Shown here one piece after another: positions 1-14,672 of a stretch of 64,000 nucleotides of DNA. The position numbers were made by a program, and so were the translations under genes. The stretch is from Takakia lepidozioides (lineage: Eukaryota > Plantae > Bryophyta), in contig CM060731.1 in the NCBI GenBank assembly GCA_030704615.1, positions 21,204,001 to 21,268,000 of the forward strand. The letters are read 5' to 3'. Positions within the stretch are counted from its first letter, which is position 1, and each line of letters starts with the position of its first letter. Below the pieces are notes generated by a model that was not told where the DNA came from, made no database searches, and saw only the letters and a list, made by a program, of their open reading frames with translations.

Positions 1-2213
1 TGGTGACCCAAATGTATAAACAGGTAACAATGCGGTGGAAGGTACAACGTCCCGATGTCGAAGCATGAGGGGGAGAAGAGTAGCTAGACTGCCTCCTAGT
101 GAATGGCCAGTGAAGCGGAACCGTGCTTTCTCCCCAAATGCCTCAATGTGCTCAAGAACCAATGGTATTAGCTGCTCATAGAGCCCCTTTGCAGCCTCGT
201 AAATTCCACGGTGGACTCTGACGCCCAACTCTGGACCCTGCAAAAAAAAATCATTTGTAAACCTTGATAGCATCCTGGCTGCAATTTTGACAACACGGCA
301 AGACTAAAGGGCCCAAAATTTCCACTACAGATATCTACAGCCAAACCACGTTCCTTCTGTACCTTAATGGCACAAACAAAGTTATTAAGAGCCTCAAAAG
401 AGATGAGAGTGCTCACCTCAAATTGGGTTGGTTCAAATAGCAGATTAGCCTGCCAAGAAGCAAGAGAATCTGTGCCCTGAATGACAAAATGCCTGGTTTG
501 GATGCCTGGATCATCACAAACAAACCACTCACATGGGCAACTATACTGTGACTGCAACTTGTTTGCCACAGCCTGCTTGGACTCTTCTTCAGCAACAACA
601 GGGGCAAGAGTTGCTGCCGCACTGGAGGAGGTTACAGCAGAAGATAACCCGGACTCTGCATCTTTTGAGTCAGCAGCAGCATCTAATGACCTGTCGTCAC
701 CTTCATTCGCCAAGATAGCCTCCAATTTCTTCGAATTATCATTATCTTTGGGAACTCTTTCTAGTATATTCCTGCTCACAAAGTCACCAAAGCCCCCTCT
801 ATAATCACCAACCGCAATACCATCCTTGAAATGTAAGATAGCTTTTGTGTATGACTGGAGATAAGAGGCCGCTGAGGCAGCCAATGCATAAGTGGCGGCT
901 GCAGCGCCTGAAGAGGATTCTTGTTTGTTGATATCTTGAATATTGCTGCTATCATGTCCACCTTCTGTTTCAGCACTGCTGCTATCAAGTGCACCATTGG
1001 CTTGGACATTGCTGCTATTAAATTCACCCTCTGCAACAACACCTGAGGGGGTAGTGGTTGCAACCCCTTCCTTGTTGGGGAGTGGAGTCAGGTTCTCTTT
1101 GGCTGCAGCTTTTCGCTCCAGTGATGAAGTAACATATATCAGATTATGAGGAGTGAGGAGCTCGGCTGGCTGCATACACATCATTTCCTTGTAAGATCAA
1201 GGAGAACCTTGCTGTGCCATGCAAAAAATGTAGGGGAATGCAATCACAACCACAATCAAAGGACCTTCAACACACTAACAAAGCCGCAACTGAAGTGACA
1301 CAATCTCGTGTAAATTATATCCTCCTCATCCCAGTAAAACAGAAACGAGAGGGCAGAAAAGAAAGGGATGGACCTCAATCTCTGGAATGAAATAGGCCTG
1401 ATTGCTCAGAAAGGCCAACTGCGTAATTAATTTCAACTCAGACAATGGAACTTGATGAAGGTAGTCTGCAAACGAATCCTTCTCGAGCAGGATACTTATC
1501 CGTGTCGATTCCTCCATAATTGGTTGACTAATTCCCTGCCGTGCCTGCATGCTATCAGCTTCACAGCCTGGGCAACCACATACCATAGTTGGAGACGCTA
1601 CAGCTCTCTCATCACCACTATTCTGCCTCCAAAAAAACTTCAGATGCCCTAGATTTGGCACCCAACTCCTTGAGGCACCATTAGCGGACATAGAAGAATC
1701 TTCTCCCACCGAACCTGTCTCTGTCCCTGATGTGCTGGTAGTTATGATTTGAACTGGTTCTACATATTGAGTACCCTCAAACTCCTCTGCTCTAGATGCA
1801 AGCCCATCAATACTTACTGAATTTTTGGCTCCATTGTCTAAAGTGGTACTATCTACATCTTCATCACGTAAACTAATGCCATGTACACGCTCTTCCATTG
1901 GAAAAGAGGCATTCTTCCCGGGATCATCAGTGTTGGTCGCTTTATCGTCTTTATCTTTCGTAAACCAAAGAAATCGGAGAGGCCCGGGAAGAACAGTTCG
2001 CGAGGTCAAAGGCAGGGGAACAATCGAAGAGCTTTGTGCATTTCTGGGAGCCTCAGCTGTGGACGATTGTGACAAAACAGGTGCGCCGGCCGATACCTCT
2101 GGCGCAAATGACTTGGGCTCAGAGGGAGAGCCCAGACTTCTGACGGGTATATGTTGTGGGCCAGCTCGTGCACATGGTAAAGCTATTGCTGCCCTGCACA
2201 CTACTGTCTCCAT
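1..2213 (-). CDS. PLIP: PLIP-type phospholipase A1 / class-3 lipase, 3'-partial (runs off window start); exons ~2213-1374, 1169-417, 237-<1
   Basis: GT-AG junctions join the ORFs in frame. Motifs: [63 protein letters not shown], nucleophile motif [11 protein letters not shown] and VYTFGSP. The N-terminus is transit-peptide-like. Confidence 0.88.
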
Positions 2214-3551
2214 CGCTTCGTGCTCCTTTCTATTCCCCGATCTTCAGCTCCTTTGGAGCCCCTATTAAATCTAAAACAGCGCAACGACTGTGCAGCAAAC
2301 TCAGATCACTAATAAAGAACCTCTTCCATCAACGCATGAGAGCATGTCTGCTGACAACAAATATCCGAGAGCGGGAATTCTATAACTCGATCGCAAACAA
2401 AATTCAGTACAGAATTGCTACATTTCACGGAAGCGGGATCTACTGACATGCTACTAAGCATGACATAACGGAAACCGATGAGCGTCTCCGATCACCGACA
2501 GAGTATTGAGCGCCAACCACTCCCAATTGGAAGCTCAATTGCCCGAGACGCAAATTCCATCCATCTGTACGCATGACCGTGAGGGCACGTAAGGAGCCAG
2601 GACCACTACCGTCATCAGGTGCCTTGCATTGCGTGCAACTGTGGAGGACCCACCGTCAGCGTGCCACCCGTGAACCCACGCGACGTTCCCAACTCGGCCA
2701 CGCTATGTTCTCGCTTCGCTTTTCTTCTGCGGATGCCACGAGCTGCCTCACCGCTCATCACCTGGGCCACTCCCTCTGCACCATTGATCCACTACCTTCC
2801 AAAAACCATTGACTGTTCGACTGTTTCCCCACCGCCCCCTTCAACCCGCACAGATGGAGGGGAGGAACTCCCGCCGCCCTGCGTACTTTGTAACAGCCAC
2901 ACATGCACTTTTTCCGGAATCCCTCAACACCCAATTCTCTCAACACACTCTGCAACCCGCCAATCCACTCTTGCACATGCAAAACCCACCACCAAAACAC
3001 AATCGGAGTGAGAGAGACAGGGAGTGTGTGTGTGTGTTTGATCATCGACATATCTTATATCTTCCTCCATTGCATCTTTGCATTGCTCTTGAAGATGACA
3101 TGCAACAGGGATATCATTTAAATGCGATAACTCATCCCAGTTCGTGAGAGAGATGCTCGTTGCTTGGCCTCCTGCCACAGACAAAGGTATGCTTACGGTC
3201 TTCTTCAAAATAGATCTCAGATCCCTCAAAACGCTGGAAATTCAACAGAGGGATCTTTTTGAGCCCCCGAGTCAAGGCCTGAAATTCTTACCCTGGATTC
3301 TGGTGCAATTGACCTGCTGTCAAACGCAGCAATGAAGGCTCACCGACACCTGCCCAGGGCTGAAAGTTCGTGAGGATAGTCCCTGCCCGCTGCCCGAATC
3401 TTGGGCAGCGAGGGGCAGCCCTGAGAAGCAAAGGGTTGGAAGGTATGGTTTGCAACCGTTATGGTCAGGAGGTTGTTTTTCTGCCATTTTTGCCCCTCCG
3501 TTAAATGGCAGAATACTCGAGTAGGTAGCAGAATGCCCCAGCAGGTCACAG

Positions 3552-3696
3552 AATTCTGTAGCTGACCATAACACGATGGAACGGTCAGGGCCGGGCCATT
3601 CTGCCCCCTTCGCTGCCCGTCCTGAAATTTTGTCCGGAAAGGGGCAGAATGGCCCGGCCCTGACCGTTCCATCGTGTTATGGTCAGCTACAGAATT
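3552..3696. repeat. Perfect 56-bp inverted repeat with 33-bp spacer (hairpin; MITE remnant or hairpin-RNA candidate)
   Basis: 3552-3607 is the exact reverse complement of 3641-3696. Confidence 0.9.
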
Positions 3697-5884
3697 TTCC
3701 ATTGTGTTTTACTGCGCACTACCACCAAGGCCCTCAAATAATCCCAAAGAAAGTCTATACTATGGCCTTTGTCCCTTTCCACTAAAATTTTAAAAAAGCC
3801 ATTCATTTGTTGGGTAGAGTGTGAGCAGGCTCATGCGCGAGGACAGAGGCATATTCTGCATATTCCCCAAGAATTTGGAGAAGATGCGTTAGCGAACCAA
3901 AACGTGCTCACGCGCAAAACAAAATACAAAACTAGCTGAAGACCGTGCTCATGCCACAAAACTTATGAAAGTAATCGTCCAAAGCTTAACTCACGTGAGC
4001 ACAAAGACCCACAAATATATCTGCTAGAACTCAAAGGTCATACATATCACCTCCATAACCGTGGATCCTGCTCATGCGGCTTTTTTTTCTGGTCACGTTA
4101 CCACACCGTTGTGCTCACGCCATACCAATCCCCATTTGGATTAGTTTATGTTTTTTTATTTAGGTGGAAAAGGTGGCAAGGAAGGAAAAAACTCTTAAGT
4201 CACAACTCTTTACAAGAGTTCTCCGAAACTACATAATATATATAATTCTTTCCTGAAACGTGAGAGGCGGCAAAGTACATGGAAGTTGTACTTGTGGATC
4301 ACCTCTAAGAGGGGGTTGGTAGCTGGTGAGCGGACCAAAATTTTGGTTAGCATAAAATCAAAATGAAATATTGCTTGCACAATATGTTGTAAGATTTTTA
4401 TATACATGTACAAGATTTTATTTTATTTTTTTAAAGGAAAGGGGACGGAGGCCCTTTAAATCTTGGAAAAAATAACCAAGACAGGAGGCCATGAGGCATG
4501 TACATTGCAAGAGATTGGGTAACACAGTGAGACCCGCCACCTAGGGCTAAGCTCTACATATGCTCACATGACTTTACGTATGTAGACATTTGTTTTTGTA
4601 TTTTATTTTTCCGTTGGAGTTTGGTTAACTAGTTAACTGGGTTTAGTATCATGTAGTTCTGTAGTGAACCACAGATTACTTGGTGTGTGTATGGTTTGCA
4701 GGCGAACCAAACCTGAGCCTATTTCCGAACCCGAACCCAGATCCAAAGCCACCTTATTGATGCTGAACCTACAAAATTTGTTAAACCTATAGGTTTGCTT
4801 ACATTCTCATGTCTGAAATTTTGGCCAACTCACCAAAGTTCATTCTCTGTTTGTGCCTCTGAATAATTTGTTATCAAGTGCGAAGTTGCTTGTCAGTTCA
4901 AGTTGTCACTCAGAGAGTTGCTCAAGCATCCTCGTGGTATGCACTAGACTGAAGTTAAAATCAAGGAGGTTGCCTACTTCTGAAGTATAAGCTACCAGCA
5001 AGGGTGAGACAATTCATTACCATCCTACAGGTCATGAGGGTGGTTCACAAACTCTGGTGCAGTTCACAGCCTGCCCTCGTCAGAAGTTCCTGTTCTTGCT
5101 GTGTTTGAGAGCTTTAAGATTGCACCATTCAAGATGACTCCTTGCATCAAATGGATGCTAATTACATTAGCGTTGGAAAATCTGTCAGAAGCTTGAAAGT
5201 GTACAATTGTTCCAGCAGTCTTAGAGTTCAGATAAAATTTCTTGCATGGTGGCTTTTTACAGAAAACAAGTCCATCCAAAAATACTGGACCTTCATGTCC
5301 AGCCAAATATCCCAATGGCTTGGTCTGAAAACTGCAGGGTCTGAAAGCCAATAGTCACAGCAGCAGATATGACTGAGGAACATGTTGGGGCCGACATGGT
5401 CGAGTCTTTGCCTTTAAGAGTCCAAGAGCTTTGAACTCACCATAGAAGCGAGGACTAAGGAAAGTGGAGCGGCACCGGAATGTTAGGAAGCATGGTTCTT
5501 ACAACGTGTCCCTATATATTCAGCTTGAAGATTTTGGGGAGCTCAACGTGACAGTGAGAGGGAGCAACTGGGAACTTTTGTCAGGGGAAGTAAGAGAGGT
5601 TATCTTGTATCTTACTTTGCCTTCACCTTATGTAGTAGTTGAGTGTTACGTAGGGTTGATACATGTACAGCAAGGGCTAAAGTCAGACAAATGGCATGTT
5701 TAAGTGCCCAATTGGGCAGTTCAATTCAGGCAGGCAAACAGCCTTAGGATTATGAATCTTACAAAAAGAAAAGGATACAAAGTTTCTTAATTCACTTTCA
5801 AAGTACAGGCACAAATGCACTGCTGCATACAGAGGAAAGGAACCCAAGGTGAGGGGAAGAAGATGCAGCCAAGCTCACGACAAG

Positions 5885-6490
5885 ACCACTGTTGACATCA
5901 GCACCACTATTGAGAAGCAGTGATACGCAATCATAGTGACCTTTTGAGGATGCTATAACCTGTTCCCCTCAGACCCACTGTCATGACCTGGAGCTTGATT
6001 TATCATGGAAATTGTCCACAAGATTAAAGTCTGCTCTCAAGGACATCCAGTGGCGCCTCTGAAAGTTCTTCAAGCGGCAAGAATATGATGAGCTTTAAAA
6101 ATGTTGGAACTAGAGTCTGCTTGCCACAGAGAGACACAGATTGTTTGAGAAAGAGGGACACAGGATGACTTCTCTACCTCAGTGCCCATCTAGCAGCATA
6201 AACTACGCAGATGGGCACCACTAGCAGTATCAGAACAGTGCCACAAACCTGCCAGAAGCTATCTGTTCCAATATAGTACTATTCCACCTCCTTACCAAGG
6301 GTGTCCGACCACTGTAATCTGCTTTGTTGGGGTCACGCCCACGACCCAATAATTGTTCCATGAGCTCACTATTCCATTTGGCAGCTACATAGCACAGGCT
6401 GAGACTCATTCCCACTCCACCTTCTGCCAGTAATGACTGTATCTCTGATGAGGGCTCAGTAAAGCAAGGGTCATCCGATTCCCTCAAATG
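5885..6490 (-). pseudogene. Orphan two-exon fragment of an AKT1-like Shaker K+ channel (start of the ankyrin region)
   Basis: QHLRESDDP...LSLCYVAAKWNSELMEQLLGRGRDPNKADYSGRTPL, then GT intron, then VIASSKGHYDCVSLLLNSGADVNS, matching the AKT1 ankyrin repeats. No transmembrane or cNMP-binding exons are visible nearby. Confidence 0.7.
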
Positions 6491-7635
6491 CTGCAGCACT
6501 CAAGCCAACAGATTCGGGTTAGTATTATAAACGGTAAACGAAAGTAGCCAGTGCGGTAAATGACACTAAGTTGAAATCTTCGGAGCTTTTGCCCACCAAA
6601 AGAATTATGAATTCAGCTTGCTACAATGGCAGCATACGGAAGTCAATAAGACAGCAGCCAAATCGGCATGAGGCCCTCTTTAGCCCTCAGAAAACCAAGT
6701 ATGGCTATGTGTACAAATTTTTGAAATTTCAAAAGGCAAACCTTTTTTCCTAGGCAATTGCACTGCTGTCCTCCACAGGTTAGTACCTTCCATTACTCTC
6801 ACACTGGGCTTCCAGAGCACAGCATCAACTTAGAGTACAAACATGGACATACCAAGTAGCATTTTGTGACGTACTCTGGTTAGGGATTCTGTATTCTGAC
6901 CAAAGCAGTTGAATCTTGTACCTAGAGCAGCCATGATAGCCATGATAGTTTGGGAGCTGATCATGGCCGCCACCAGAGCTTGAAACCTTTGCGTCTCCTT
7001 GTCTGCACTTTCCAATAACTGCAATACAGTCTTTCAGAGTTGTCCCTTGTCTGCAACCTGAGCAGCCCCTTTTCCATCCCTTGCTTCCATGTGACACATG
7101 CTATCTCTTCCTACAATGGGGGGTAGCTTTGAACACCGGCCAAGAAAGGAGGACTTACAAGAGCAGCATTGAAGGAGGCCAACTCTGATACCAGGGACCC
7201 TGCTGGCATCGCCTGTCCAGCTGACTGCATCATGCTCCCAACAGTCAGCGCCCAGGCTTCATTGGATCTATGCAGCTTCCCACCAACTAATAACCTTAAA
7301 CACCAACAAACACACCTGCTGTCTATGACCTCCGTAGAGCAAGAGATGGAGGGTCCGACCCGCCAGTGTATCCATCTCCCTCCCCAATTTCACGCACACA
7401 GTATTTTCAGGGCCGTTTCTATGTACAAACCAAATAGAAAACATACAAAGCACTCCTGGAAATAGTAAAAGGCAAGTGGATGGCTAGCAAAGAAGGTTCA
7501 AGTACCAGAATAACAAATGCAAGAGCGAGGCTTTTGATAGCAAGGAAGTGATACCAACAATAGTCGGGCTCATGGGTATTCGAGGCTTGGTCTCTCACAA
7601 GAACATAATTGGAGAGGTTTTGTCGCCTCCGCAAT

Positions 7636-8726
7636 ATGGAGGAGATTTGGAGCAGGCTCCCATTCGATTTAGTGATGGTAGTGTTGGCCTTTTTGCCATA
7701 CCGAAGTCTTGTCCGCTTTCAGTCCGTTTGCAAGTTGTGGAATTCTCTCCCATCGACTGCTAGTTTCCAACAACTCTGTCAGCACCTCCCTCTTCACGAA
7801 GACTCCTATCTCTTGTCTTTTGGCAGATGCCCACATGTTTGCATGGTGTACACCCCCACAACTCGACGGTGGCACAAAATCGGCCTCAAACTCCCCAAAG
7901 ATAATGTAGTATACAGTGTTGTTGCTGCAGACGGAGGCTTATTACTTTGCACAACGGACGAGCGCTTATCATGGATTGTGTTCAATCCTCTCTTGAACAG
8001 TTCCAGACAATTGCCTGCCCTGCCTTTCGCCAACTTTTTCTGGTATGCAGACACAGTGCGCATGATTGTGGAAAACGCAGCAAGACCTACAAGCTCATTG
8101 TGATATCACACGAGTCCACGGACGACACTAGGCCGAGAACACACATCTATGACTCAGTTTGCGAGTGTTGGACCGAGACTGGAAAGATGCCGGCATGTGA
8201 AAGGTGGTGGTGCTGTGCAGGAATTGTGATATGTGGCCCTACTCTCTTTGCTCTGTTTTATGGACCAAAGGTTGACGACTACACTGTGATGGCTTATGAC
8301 ATTGGTGCAGGTGTGTGGACTGTTGCTGCTGTACAAATTCCTGGTTGTTATGGAGTTGTTAAGCTTGTAGAGAGTGAGGGGCGCCTATTGCTAGTTTGGC
8401 GTCTTGGTCATCATGTAGATGATCGACTCTTATTAGCAATATGGGAGTTCAAAGTTTCTACAGAGACTGTAGTAGAGTGGCTGGAGACTCCAAGACTGGA
8501 GTTGAGAACAGGGTGGTACCATTTTCAAGTAGTGAGCTATGACAACCTCATAGTCCTTTGGACTGGCATACAGTATCCAAAAGTTTTGATGTATGACATG
8601 AAGCAACACACATGGACATCCCCTGGATTCTCTGAACCACTTGGTTTACAAACTAGGACCGAGGGATGCAAGATCACTTATGAAGTAGTTTTGGTTGGCG
8701 GTTTTAGCTTAGGTGCAAAAGTCTAG
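7636..8726 (+). pseudogene. Intronless F-box/kelch-like gene with a single frameshift at ~8072-8075
   Basis: F-box IWSRLPFDLVMVVLAFLPYRSLVRFQSVCKLWNSL, followed by VVAADGGLLLC and VFNPL. The second ORF continues YKLIV...THIYDSVCECW...LVESEGRLLLV. One extra A in GAAAAC would restore MIVEKRSKTYK. Confidence 0.8.
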
Positions 8727-9019
8727 ACAAGCTTGTCTTTTCTTTGAATTTGATCCAATCCCATGGGTTTCTTGTATGCTTCTTATTCCCCTCCCTTTGC
8801 ATCCTCTATGCTCAGGCATTTGGCATACATGTCCACGAGGGTAGTAGTCAGAACCATATTTGTTGGCTTTGTCCCTTAAGGAGAGAGACTTTGCATCATG
8901 TTGATGTCCATGGAGAAAATGTGGTCAATGGACCTTACACCGTGTCAAGAGTATGATTGGTCAGCTTGTCAAAATTGTTGCTTCAAAGGACAAGCCTCTC
9001 ACGGTTTGCGGCTTGTTAC

Positions 9020-9300
9020 ACTTCCAGCTTTCACAATGTGAGCGTGGACTCGTTTGCCCTTTTCATGTTGACATGGGTGATGTGTAGAAATATGTTTGGT
9101 TTGAATCCAATTTGGATAGTGTGGGAGTGCACCTACTTTCCAGCTGCCAGGCCTTTTGTCTTTATGCACTTCTTCATTCTTGCGACAGATGTAAGTTTGC
9201 GAATCTGCTGAAAAGCCTCCTTGATTCAAAATGTGCAATGCCTCTTTCAGTTGTCCTGCTTGACATATTGTCCTCACTAGCACACAACTGCCAGAAGAGA
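9020..9300 (-). pseudogene. Degenerate PLS-class PPR gene fragment
   Basis: VRTICQAGQLKEALHIL...ADSQTY; in a shifted frame GK*VHSHTIQIGFKPNIFL; then GKRVHAHIVKAG. Confidence 0.6.
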
Positions 9301-9784
9301 TCTTGTGGACTTCCTTTCCTCGTGCTCTTTTGAAATTGGCAGACATGGTCGAGGTGCCTGGTTTTATGAACTGTGCTTCTACTGCTTCCAGTTGAACATT
9401 TTGCCCGTGCAAGAAGCTTGTAGCTATTAATTCACAATGCCTAAGCCCTCACTAGCCTTCCTTTTGTTTTTGTGCAGGGCTTTCAGTTTGTTCAGGACTA
9501 ATGCAGAATGTTCATGTTGTGGGTCGGATAACCTTGATGCAAAGCATTCGATCCACCTCAGGAAAATGATCTATCCCAACTATCGGAAACTTCTTCCTCT
9601 CAACCATCCATAGAGAACGAGAGACAAAAAATTATTTGATGGAACCATGGAGATCATACCTCCACCCGGGCCATTTTGGAAAGGCTGGTGGGAAGAGGTG
9701 GTGGATAAAAAACGTCCGCTCGCATGTCCTGGCTCTCAATCAGCTACAAGTTGCCTTATTTGTAGGTACAAGTCTTAAATGCAT

Positions 9785-10215
9785 TGGCCCAAGTGTCGAG
9801 TGTCATTTAACCCAAGTGTAGATCTTCTATGTATCCGACTGTGTCTCCTATGTCGAGGCCCAAATGCCACCTCTAGGGTAGCCTGTGCCTTTGCCCCAAG
9901 TGTCCAGCGCATCTCTCTCCAAGTGCAATCCCCTATGTATCCAGAGACCCCCTTGTTGGCAGATCTAGGGTAGCCTCTACAGTGGCCCAAGTGTCCAGTG
10001 TCATCTAAGCCCAAGTGCAATCTCCTATGTATCCAAGTGCATCTCCTATGTCGAGGCCCAAGTGCGACCTCTAGGGTAGTCTGTGCCGTTGGCCCACGTG
10101 TGAAGAATTGAAGTGTGTCTCCTATGTCGAGGCCCATCTAAGCCCAAGTGCAATCTTCTATGTATCCAAGTGCATCTCCCGTGTAGAGGCCCAAGTCTCC
10201 ACTGTCATCTAAAGC
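9785..10215. repeat. Degenerate tandem/minisatellite-like repeat built from CCCAAGTG and CTATGTATCC / CTATGTCGAGGCCC modules
   Basis: Repeated ccaagtg(c/t) and tctcctatgtcgaggccca blocks at ~9846, 10024-10060 and 10118-10197. Confidence 0.7.
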
Positions 10216-11542
10216 ACCTGTACAATGCAAGTCATCTCTTAGTAGGCATTACACTGTTGTTTCTTCTGAAAGATTGGACTATGGTCATCTACCCTTGAAC
10301 TACCTACCTCTAGTGGCCCATATATAGGACCCATAGGAGAGTCCGAGAACTGGCATGGAACTCAGCCATGTGAAACTTGAGAAATAGAGCTATGAAGTTA
10401 CCAACATACAAAATATTTATAAAATTGGAATTTCAGCAATGATTGCAATTTGGGCCATTTGAAAAATCAGATAATGAAGCCTTCTATAATGTCGTCATGA
10501 GCAGGAAGCAGAAAAATTGACTACTTGATGTTGGGAGTCCACCACCACATAGGATATGTAGAGCTTTTTCTGTGCACGTGTCATGGCCACATAAAATAGC
10601 CCCCCTCTCTTCTTGCTCAACGTCACATCCCAGGGATGAATCGAGAGGTTTGTTGTGGTTTGTTTTGTTTTGTAGATTTGAGATGTCCCAAACTATGGGC
10701 CCCACCCTGCTTGGTACGGTTGGAAAGCCCTCATGAGGAGGGGTGCACCGACTTGGTCTCATGATTTTTGGACTTGCGGTGTGGATGTGGAATTTCAAAT
10801 ATTTTGGGTCGCTGGAAATTCGGGAAAATTTACATCTGCTGCTCCACCTACATTTACGAGGTGCGAAAAGGGCTGCGCAGCCACGAATTCAGTGCGCAGC
10901 CGTCTGTTCGCCTTAGATACAAGCTCGCCCATTTTCCTCCTTTGTGCTTTTCTCTTTACACCTCTTGCTTATGCTGCATTCAGCTAGTGCTAGGGTTCTA
11001 CATGCCAACTGATTAGATCCTACAACCATGCCGTCAGGGATGGTAATGCTTGGGTTTTGTGTTTCTTGATGTGGGCATCAGATTTTTTATTCTGTACATA
11101 GGCTTGTAGTGATTGGGGTGAGCTGTATGGGTGGTAGGAAATCAATGGCACCTAAGCGCAAGGCCCTTGCTGCACCTGAGCCACCACCTCCTCCACCCGA
11201 GCATGCAGCTGTAGCCTAGGTTATAAGAGAATAGGCGATGCAAGAACAACATTGCTCTGAGGAGCAGTGCAAGGTAATCTTGGGCTGCATTTCTCCTGAC
11301 TTCATGTTAAGCTTGCCTCCCCCGCCAGGTGCCAATCGCTAGCCTCGCCACCCTCGCCCTCACAACTTCCGTTTCATGTTTAGATGTCAAGTTGCTCTTG
11401 TTCTAAGTTGGAGAGAGAGAAGAGATGAGGGTGACAAGGACGGTTTTAGTGAGGCTGTGAATTCTGTGTTGAGAGAAGATGTTTGGCGCGATGCCAACAG
11501 TTAGTCGTCTGAAGGTTTTGGCTCGTGCAAAGAGGTCTCTTC

Positions 11543-12136
11543 TGTCACAGACATAGCCCAGAGGAACTTACCATGAGTAAATACCAGAAGTTATCAAGTT
11601 ACCATGTTACCAAAAATTACCGTGATCTACAATGATTTACCATGATTACCATAAATTACTATTAGTTACTAAGTTACCGGAAGTTTATCAAATTACCGAG
11701 AGTAACTTGGGAAACTGCTCAGGAAGCTTCCTTTGGAGGAAACTTCTCCATCAAAATACCTCCTTTGTTTAAGGAAACTTCTCCATCAAGAAACCTCTTT
11801 TGGGGAAGCCTCTTAGGGAACCTCCTAGTAGCCAGTATATATAGGAGGCGAGACTGGACACTCTTCAGTCTCGCCAACACCAGTTCAAGCTACTCTTGAT
11901 TCCAGTTTCCAATACTCCAGTCTAGTTCCCAGTATCTGGTACTTCAGTCCAGTTTCCAGCATTCCAGTATTCAAGTCGTGTTCCAATATCTTGTACCCTT
12001 GTTCATTGTTATAAAGATCGCCTTGATTCATATTTACTCGTTGTGCATACGGCCACGCCGGCCTTGACTTCTTGCCTAGTCTTGTACATCTAGTCTGATC
12101 TCTTGTTTGTGTTCAATCATGTTCTCGTCCTTGACA
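11543..12136 (+). repeat. 5' LTR (TGTCA...TGACA) with TATA box at ~11836
   Basis: TG...CA termini forming a short inverted repeat, TATATATA, and gag starting 39 bp downstream. Confidence 0.8.
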
Positions 12137-12174
12137 GTTTGGCGAGATTAAAGTTTGTTCCTTAGTTAGGTAAG

Positions 12175-14490
<2,316 letters not shown>

Positions 14491-14667
14491 GAAGCTTCCT
14501 GAGCAGTTTCCCAAGTTACTCTCGGTAATTTGATAAACTTCCAGTAATTTGGTAACTTATGGTAAATCATGGTAGATCACGATAATTTTTGATAACATGG
14601 TAACTTGGTAATTTGGTAACTTCTGGTATTTACTCCTGGTAAGTTCCTCTGGGCTATGTCCGTGACA
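14491..14667 (-). repeat. Inverted copy of the first ~188 bp of the LTR
   Basis: Reverse complement aligns to 11543-11730, with indels in the TTACC-rich tract. Confidence 0.9.
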
Positions 14668-14672
14668 TCTTC

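Noticed and set aside
5064-5354. Short ORFs with a GHEGPV (WD40-like) word
   Set aside because: No further WD40 pattern or splice context.
9805-9815. TTAACCC as the piggyBac left end
   Set aside because: The following bases do not mirror the candidate right end and the site lies inside an unrelated repeat.
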